Shown here: one piece after another, positions 58,217 through 64,000 of the stretch
Numbering within the stretch: position 1 is the stretch's first letter
Layout: every line of letters starts with the position of its first letter
Assembly: GCA_963832935.1 (NCBI GenBank)
Contig: CAWHWA010000010.1
Location: forward strand, 62,242 to 126,241
DNA length: 64,000 nucleotides
Source: an uncultured Actinomycetota bacterium
GTDB lineage: Bacteria; Actinomycetota; Actinomycetes; Mycobacteriales; Mycobacteriaceae
Reading direction: 5' to 3'
Notes under the pieces: model-generated
The model's database searches: none
What the model saw: only the letters and a program-made list of their open reading frames with translations
What the model was told of the DNA's origin: nothing
Program-made: the position numbers and the translations under genes

Positions 58217-59404
58217 TCAGGACTCGGCCAGAAACGTGTCGTTGTGCTGGCCGGGAGCGGGTGGGGGATCGGTCGCTGCCGCATCGAAGCTGGAGTAGCG
58301 CGCCGGAGTGCGGATCACGGTGATCGCATCGTCGCCGGTCCCGACGCTGAGAGCGAGGTCGTTCTCGGCGAACAGCGGGGTTGCGACCACTTGTTTCCAG
58401 GTGTAGGCCAGGCAGGCCATCAAGCCGCCCTCTTGCAGCAACTCAACCCATTCGGCCGCCGTTTTGGCGGCCAGCGCCGACTCGAGTTCCTCGGTCAACT
58501 CGTGGTAGTTCACCGCGCGGGAACGCTGGTCGATGAACCGCTCGTCATCCAGCAGCTCGGGCCGGCCGATGATCTGGCACAGCTTCGCCCAGTGCTTGGG
58601 CACATACGCGCTGATCACCAGGTACCCGTCCGCGGCCTTGAAGGCATCCGACGGTTGGGTGGCAAAGCCAACGCCCTTGCGTTTCTTGGTGGTCGGCGCC
58701 GCATCCGGTTTGGGCTTGGGCGCCTCGCTGGGCTTGTTCAGGTGGATCGTGAGTTGGCTGGCCTGCAGCCCCACCGCGACGTCGTACATCGCGACCCGGA
58801 CCTCGTCGGCCACGCCGTGGCGCTCGCGGTTGAGCAGTGCGGCCAGCACCGCCTGGGCCAGCACGTGACCGCTGGCGGCATCGACGAGCTGGAACGGAAT
58901 GATCTGCGGTTTGCCGCTCGGCGTGGGCATTCCGGTGGTCATGCCCGACTCGGCGGCGACCATCAGGTCGACGCCCGGCCTACTGCCGTGCGGACCGTTG
59001 CCGCCGTAGGCGGACAGACGCGCGTAGATCAGCTTCGGGTTGCGGGAGCGTAAGTCGTTGGGGCCCAACCCCATACGCTCCATCACTCCGGGCCGAAACC
59101 CCTCCAGCACGACGTCTGCGGTGTCGACCAGCCGCAGTATCTGCTGCTTGGCCTCATCGTCAGTCAGGTCCACTGCCACCGACTTCTTGCCCCGGTTGTG
59201 GGGGAGAAACAGCGTGGGCAGCGGTGGCCGGCCGGGCAGGACCGCGACGATGTGCCGGGCCGCCTCGCCGCCGGGTGCCTCGACCTTGATGACCTCGGCA
59301 CCGAGGTCGGCCATGATCTGTCCAGCCAGCGGCCCGGCGATGTTCTGCGTGAAATCGAGTACCCGGTAGCCGTCAAGTGGTTTGGCCGGCTGGCTGTTTG
59401 GCAT
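58217..59404 (-). CDS. Family III (CaiB/BaiF) CoA-transferase (Rv3272-like)
   Basis: PLDGYRVLD, ADLGAEVIKVE, NRGKKS, FRPG. Confidence 0.92.
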   Translation of the reverse strand: MPNSQPAKPLDGYRVLDFTQNIAGPLAGQIMADLGAEVIKVEAPGGEAARHIVAVLPGRPPLPTLFLPHNRGKKSVAVDLTDDEAKQQILRLVDTADVVLEGFRPGVMERMGLGPNDLRSRNPKLIYARLSAYGGNGPHGSRPGVDLMVAAESGMTTGMPTPSGKPQIIPFQLVDAASGHVLAQAVLAALLNRERHGVADEVRVAMYDVAVGLQASQLTIHLNKPSEAPKPKPDAAPTTKKRKGVGFATQPSDAFKAADGYLVISAYVPKHWAKLCQIIGRPELLDDERFIDQRSRAVNYHELTEELESALAAKTAAEWVELLQEGGLMACLAYTWKQVVATPLFAENDLALSVGTGDDAITVIRTPARYSSFDAAATDPPPAPGQHNDTFLAES

Positions 59405-59419
59405 CGTGGCGCCTTCCTT

Positions 59420-60335
59420 TTAACCTGCCTTGTGTAAAACCGCGGTGCAGTAATAGTTCTTGGCGAACGGCGCGTCCTCGCCGTCGGGCTGAAGCGGTAA
59501 TCCGTTGTCGGCCAACAGCTGATTCAGCGGGGTGCTGACCGGCTGCCAGCCGCGGTCCCGCAGATAGGTGGCGGCATCGTTGCGCTCGCCGGGGAAGCCA
59601 AGATTGTCGAGTGCGACGTCGAGTCCGTTCTCCCGCCACCTATCGCTGGCGCCGTCCAATGCGTTCTGGTTGACGCCGGTATTCAGGAACACTTCGGCCA
59701 CCAGTCCGACTGCCCTCCGCGGACAGCGCGGTGATGTTGTCCAGTAAGCGATCCTGGGCGTCGGGCGGCAGGAAGCCGAGTAGGCCCTCGGCGGCCCACG
59801 CGGCGGGTCGCCCGGTATCGAACCCGGCCTGCTTCAGCGCTGACGGCCAATCGTGGCGCAGGTCGATCGGGACGGCCCGGACCTCGGCGGTGGGCTCGGC
59901 GCCCAGCGCTTCGATCGTGGCGACTTTGAAGTCGATGACTTCCGGCTGGTCGATCTCGAACACCGTCGTTCCCGGCGCCCACGGGAGTCGATATCCGCGC
60001 GCGTCCAGACCGGAGGCCAGGATCACGACCTGGCGGACGCCCGCCGACGCGGCCTCGGCGAAGAACGCATCGATGTGACGAGTGCGCGCCGCCAGCAGGT
60101 CGGTCATCCGCTGCATCCCCCACGCGGCGCCGGGCTCGTCGACCTCGACGGAGTCGATGTCGCCATTGGCCCACCGGGTGAAGAAGTCGACGCCCACGGC
60201 GCGTACCAGCGGCTCGGCAAACCGATCGTCGATCAGTGCGTCCTTGGTGGCCCGGGCCCGTCCGGCGGCCACCAAGGTGGCGGTGGCTCCCACGCTGGTC
60301 GCCAGATCCCAGCTGTCGTCGTCGCTGCGTGCCAC
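59420..60335 (-). CDS. Mycobacterial SAM-dependent methyltransferase (LCM/UPF0677 type; frameshift ~59705)
   Basis: [36 protein letters not shown]. Confidence 0.88.
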
Positions 60336-60643
60336 GCGAAACCCCTTCTGCCGATCTACTGGTTAGACACCATAACGATACGGGCCCGGGGCGATCGCGC
60401 GGGCACGACTGCTGCTGACGGTTGACGACGCTGCTCAGGGCGCGGATCGCGCGCCCTTGTAGGCGCGGGAAGTTCAGTGCGAGGCCGTGACTCGCATCTG
60501 GGAGTAAAACGCGTCGTAGCGCCGTCCGTGTGCCGTCGCCACCATGGGGGCATACGAGCGGTTGAACGATCTCGTACGCCTGGTGATGACGACCCAGGGT
60601 AACGAGTAGTGAGCCGCGACTCAGGGAGGGAAAGGTGCGCGCA

Positions 60644-60922
60644 ATGGTCTTATCGGTCGTTCCTCAGGCGCTAACGGCTTTCGCGGCCGCCAACAATGCT
60701 GCTGCAGAAGGGATCTCGACTGCGAGTTCCGCTGATTCCGCGGCGATGCTGAACGCTGCCGCCGCCGCACTCGGTCCGATCGGTGCCAACTATCTGGCGG
60801 CCTACGGGCCGGCGCAGGCCAACAACTTGACCGCCGCCCTGATGGTGGGACGCGTGCACGAGGGCATCGCAGCGTCAACGCAGGCCGCGCGGATGTCCTT
60901 CGTTGCCGCCGACGATTCGTGA
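60644..60922 (+). CDS. Small Ala-rich type VII secretion target (EspC/PE-like)
   Basis: MVLSVVPQAL.., LGPIGANYLAAY, C-terminal FxxxD; 92 aa; purine-rich RBS. Confidence 0.65.
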   Translation: MVLSVVPQALTAFAAANNAAAEGISTASSADSAAMLNAAAAALGPIGANYLAAYGPAQANNLTAALMVGRVHEGIAASTQAARMSFVAADDS

Positions 60923-60934
60923 CGTTGGCTAGCA

Positions 60935-62398
60935 ATGGCATTGGCGCAACACGCGACCCCGGTTTCGCCGCGTCAGCCCATGACGTCGGCTGTGCAAAGC
61001 CATCAATCGCCGCAGGCATTGCCCGGGTCGGACCCCGGACCGGCCATCAACGCGAGTGAATCGAATCTCGGCGACTACCTGAACCAGCCTGTGCAAAGCG
61101 TCCTCGCGCGCCTCGGGCGTGCCGCCATTGCCCCAAGCAACGGCAGCGCCGGATCCGGCGGATCCCCATGCAGCGCCCGCGGGCGCAGCGAACAACGGCA
61201 TGACGAGCATGTTGACCAGTCTGTTGACCCAGATGATCCAGCCTGTGACCGAAGCGCTCGGCACGCTTGGTCCGGGATTGTTCAGCAACCTCGACCCCAC
61301 GCAGATGCTTGGTGGTATTTCCCAGGCTATGGACTCGGCGGGTCAAAGGTGCAGCCGGCCATGGCTGGCCTTGATGGCGTGTGGCAAGGTACGGCCTCGT
61401 CGGCGGCCAGCGCGAAAACCACTGCAGCGCTGGCTAATGGCACCCAGGTAGCCAGTCAGTCAACAGCCCTGCAGAACAGCCTGTCCGCAGCGGCCGCCAG
61501 TGTGCAGCAGGCGCAGGCGCAGCTCGTCGCGATCCTCAACGAATTTTCCGCGACGATTGCCGCGATCAGGCCCCAACATCATCTTTCCGTGGGGTATGGC
61601 CCAAGCTATCGCGGCAGCGAACCAGGCGGTCACGATGTCCACGGCGGTCATGACCGAATTGCAGGGCACACTGACCACCGAAGCGGCTAACACCACTGCG
61701 GTCGGGGCTCCCGTTTCGTTGACCTCGGCGCCTCAAGCAGGCTCTGGTCTCGCCGCAGCGGCTGCTCCTGCTGCGGCCACATCTGCATCGCATTTTGGCA
61801 CCAACCTCGCGGCGAACCCCGCCGCGGCCGCCAACGCCCCGGCAGCGTTAGCCAGTGCTCCCAGCGGCGGCAGCATCCGCACCCGCATCGAGCTTCGCTC
61901 CGATGATGATGCAGGCCGCGATGCCGGCGATGCAGGGTGCCAGTGCCGCGATGGGCGCAATCCAATCCGGTGGACAAGGGGGGCCTGCCCAGGCGACTGC
62001 GTCCCGGAACTGCCGGTGGTGGTGGCGGTGCCGCGCCGTTGGGCAAACCGACAGCCGGTGGCGGAGTGGGTGCTGCTGGGCCAGGTGGGGTTCCACTCGA
62101 AACTATTGCGTCGCGGCTCGCCGCGCCACCGGCGTGTCTCGGCGACCGACGCGGCTCCCGCGTTGACGAACACGGATGCCGTTGCGCATCCCTCGATGAG
62201 CGGGGCCCCACCCATGGGGGGCGCGCCAATGGGAGCCGGCGCGAGGGCTGGTGCCGGACGACAGCCACAGTGCGGCAGCTTTCCTGCATACCTCCGACCA
62301 GGGCGATGAGATCGTCGGTGACCTTGGGCAGCGTTGCCCCTGCGGTGATTGGCCACACAGATCCGGTCGCCAGCCCAGACATTGAATTGAGAATCTAG
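60935..62398 (+). CDS. WXG-motif Ala/Gly/Pro-rich putative T7SS substrate (several frameshifts)
   Basis: Helical region with GVWQG; reconstructed C-terminus HTSDQGDEIVGDLGSVAPAVIG...ELRI*. Confidence 0.6.
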
Positions 62399-62413
62399 AA
62401 AGGGAGTTTCGGT

Positions 62414-62710
62414 ATGACCAGCACAGCTGATTTCCGGATGCAGCCGCAGGAGGTTGCCGATGCAACCAGGCAACTCGACCAGTTGGCAAGCCGGGCCGAG
62501 AAACTCATGCAGACCGAGGTGCCAAATCTGACGGCGACGGCTGCGGCTCGTGACGAGGTCTCGCGACGAGTTGCCTCGACGCTTAACGAGGTGCACGCGT
62601 CTTTCAGCAAGTCCACCGATCAGGCGACAAACGAAATCCGGGAGATCGCAGCGACTTTGCGGGCCCACACCGACAACGTCGTAGCGGCCGAGCAGGACTT
62701 CGCCGTCTGA
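62414..62710 (+). CDS. PE-like protein
   Basis: 98 aa; FRMQPQEV, AAARDEVS (cf. PE AAADEVS); AAGGGAG RBS. Confidence 0.7.
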   Translation: MTSTADFRMQPQEVADATRQLDQLASRAEKLMQTEVPNLTATAAARDEVSRRVASTLNEVHASFSKSTDQATNEIREIAATLRAHTDNVVAAEQDFAV

Positions 62711-62747
62711 GTAGCAACGTCTCGTTTCGGAAAGGAGGTCAGGGCAC

Positions 62748-63834
62748 ATGGGATTCACGAATGTGGCATGGGAATCGCGCAGTACCGAGCAGCTTGCCCA
62801 TGATCTCACCGATGGGCCTGGGCCCACATCGGTCGGCCAGGCCGGCGCCGCCTGGGTACGTGTTGCCGACGAATGGGCAAGCATTTCAGAGGAATACGAC
62901 AAGGTTGTGGGGAAGATCAAGGGCGCGTTTGCCAGCCGCGGTGCAGACATGGCCAGCGCGCAAACTTCGAAGAATTCGGCCAGTGGCTGCAGTCCATCAG
63001 CTTGAGCGCAGCGGGCAACGGTGAACGTGCCGAGCAGGCGGCAGTTGCCTATAGTGTTGCGGTCCTTGGGATGCCAAGCGTCTCCGAAGCAATCGAGGCT
63101 CGGACCACTCATGACGTCATGGCGTCGCTGGCCGCGTACAACGGGGCGGTACTCAACGGGCAATTCGCCGAATTCGACGAGGCGGTGACGACCCATCAGG
63201 CCAGCGCATCGGCGGTGATGTACCAATACGAGGAGGCGTGCGACCCGGTTGCGGAGCCATGGGATCAGCCACTGCCGCCCGCTATTTGTGGCGGCGGGGC
63301 GCTGAAGGCCGAGCAGGACGCCAAGGCGGCCGACGAGCGCGACAGCGGCTGGTCGTCCGAGGGCGGTGGAGGCGCGGGTTTGGCGCCGCCTCCGCTGGCT
63401 CCGTTCCGGGCGGCCGAGGTCAGGTCGACCAGCGCCGAAAAGACGTCACAAAAAATTGTGTCGACGACCGGGGCATCGCGGCTCCGGTCCGGTCGGGCAC
63501 CGGGTACGGTCCGATGGCCGGGCTCGGGCGCGGTGCGGGTACTCGTGAGCACCAATCATCTTTGGCTGCAACACTCGACGGTGGCGGCGAGCCGGGCGCA
63601 GGCCTGTCCCAGGCCGATCCGTCATGGCTGCCGGCGGCCCAACAGAGCGATGCACCGTTCATGGTGTCCAACGTGAGCTGGGGCCCGAACTCCTCGCTGT
63701 TCGACGAACTCGCGGGACCCGTTGAACCGGAACCCCCGCAGTATGCGGACGCGCCCGAGCCGACACTCGAGCAGGTCTCGAATCGGTGGGTGGCACCGCC
63801 GGTGATCGGCGGCGACAAGGGACTGACGCTATGA
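62748..63834 (+). CDS. PPE-like protein (frameshifts ~62960 and ~63490)
   Basis: DLTDGPGPTSVGQAGAAW (cf. PPE GPG..AAAAW), AAVAYSVAVLGMP, AVMYQYE; C-terminal APPVIG; AGGAGG RBS. Confidence 0.7.
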
Positions 63835-64000
63835 CCGCGGCGATGGCGCCTGGACTGACATTGACCGACGATCAACTTCGGGTGGTGGCGTCGCGCGTCG
63901 GTGTGCATGACCTCCCGACGGTGCTGCTGTCGCTGCCCCGGCACAGCACAGTCGACCGGCGTGATGCGGCGTTCGGTCGGGCCGCGCGAGAACTGGTGTC
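63831..64000 (+). CDS. espG: EspG-family ESX chaperone (5' part only)
   Basis: ATGA overlap with the PPE-like stop. MTAAMAPGLTLTDDQLRVVASRVGVHDLPTVL..PRH.TVDRRDAAF..A.REL resembles EspG N-termini. Confidence 0.6.
   Translation, partial: MTAAMAPGLTLTDDQLRVVASRVGVHDLPTVLLSLPRHSTVDRRDAAFGRAARELV

Noticed and set aside
60336-60634. GC-rich hairpins upstream of the ESX-like cluster as a possible sRNA or riboswitch
   Set aside because: Short GC stems are expected by chance at this composition, and no known motif was recognised.
1-64000. tRNA, rRNA, IS elements, integrases, prophage genes
   Set aside because: None recognised in the sequence or the ORF track.

Overview
High-GC mycobacterial chromosome segment, probably from a slow-growing non-tuberculous Mycobacterium. 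By my recollection of the H37Rv gene order it is colinear with M. tuberculosis Rv3311 to Rv3272: sapM, upp, pmmB, deoD, amiB1/amiA1, lpdA, glpD2, lpqC, nei-lhr, lysine catabolism pcd-hglS-lrpA-lat, usfY-rsbW-sigF, accA3-sseA-maf-accE5-accD5, birA, purKE, fadE25, SulP-carbonic anhydrase and a CoA-transferase. Many conserved genes are split by small indels. This pattern points to an unpolished long-read assembly rather than true pseudogenes, so split-gene coordinates are reconstructions. Accessory blocks: (i) GntR/bicupin pair plus two convergent VWA paralogues; (ii) cutinase; (iii) two small secreted proteins; (iv) STAS anti-anti-sigma factor and an uncalled 49-aa membrane protein beside sigF; (v) orphan kstD; (vi) a ~10.5 kb block with a REC-PP2C/CHASE3 kinase/REC module, a pstB-S-C-A operon, a second pstS and pknD; (vii) the start of an atypical type VII secretion substrate cluster (EspC-like, WXG protein, PE-like, PPE-like, EspG) running off the right end. 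The best novelty leads are the parallel rewiring of the phosphate pocket in both PstS proteins, the non-canonical ESX substrate cluster, and a possible co-located SigF partner-switching circuit.
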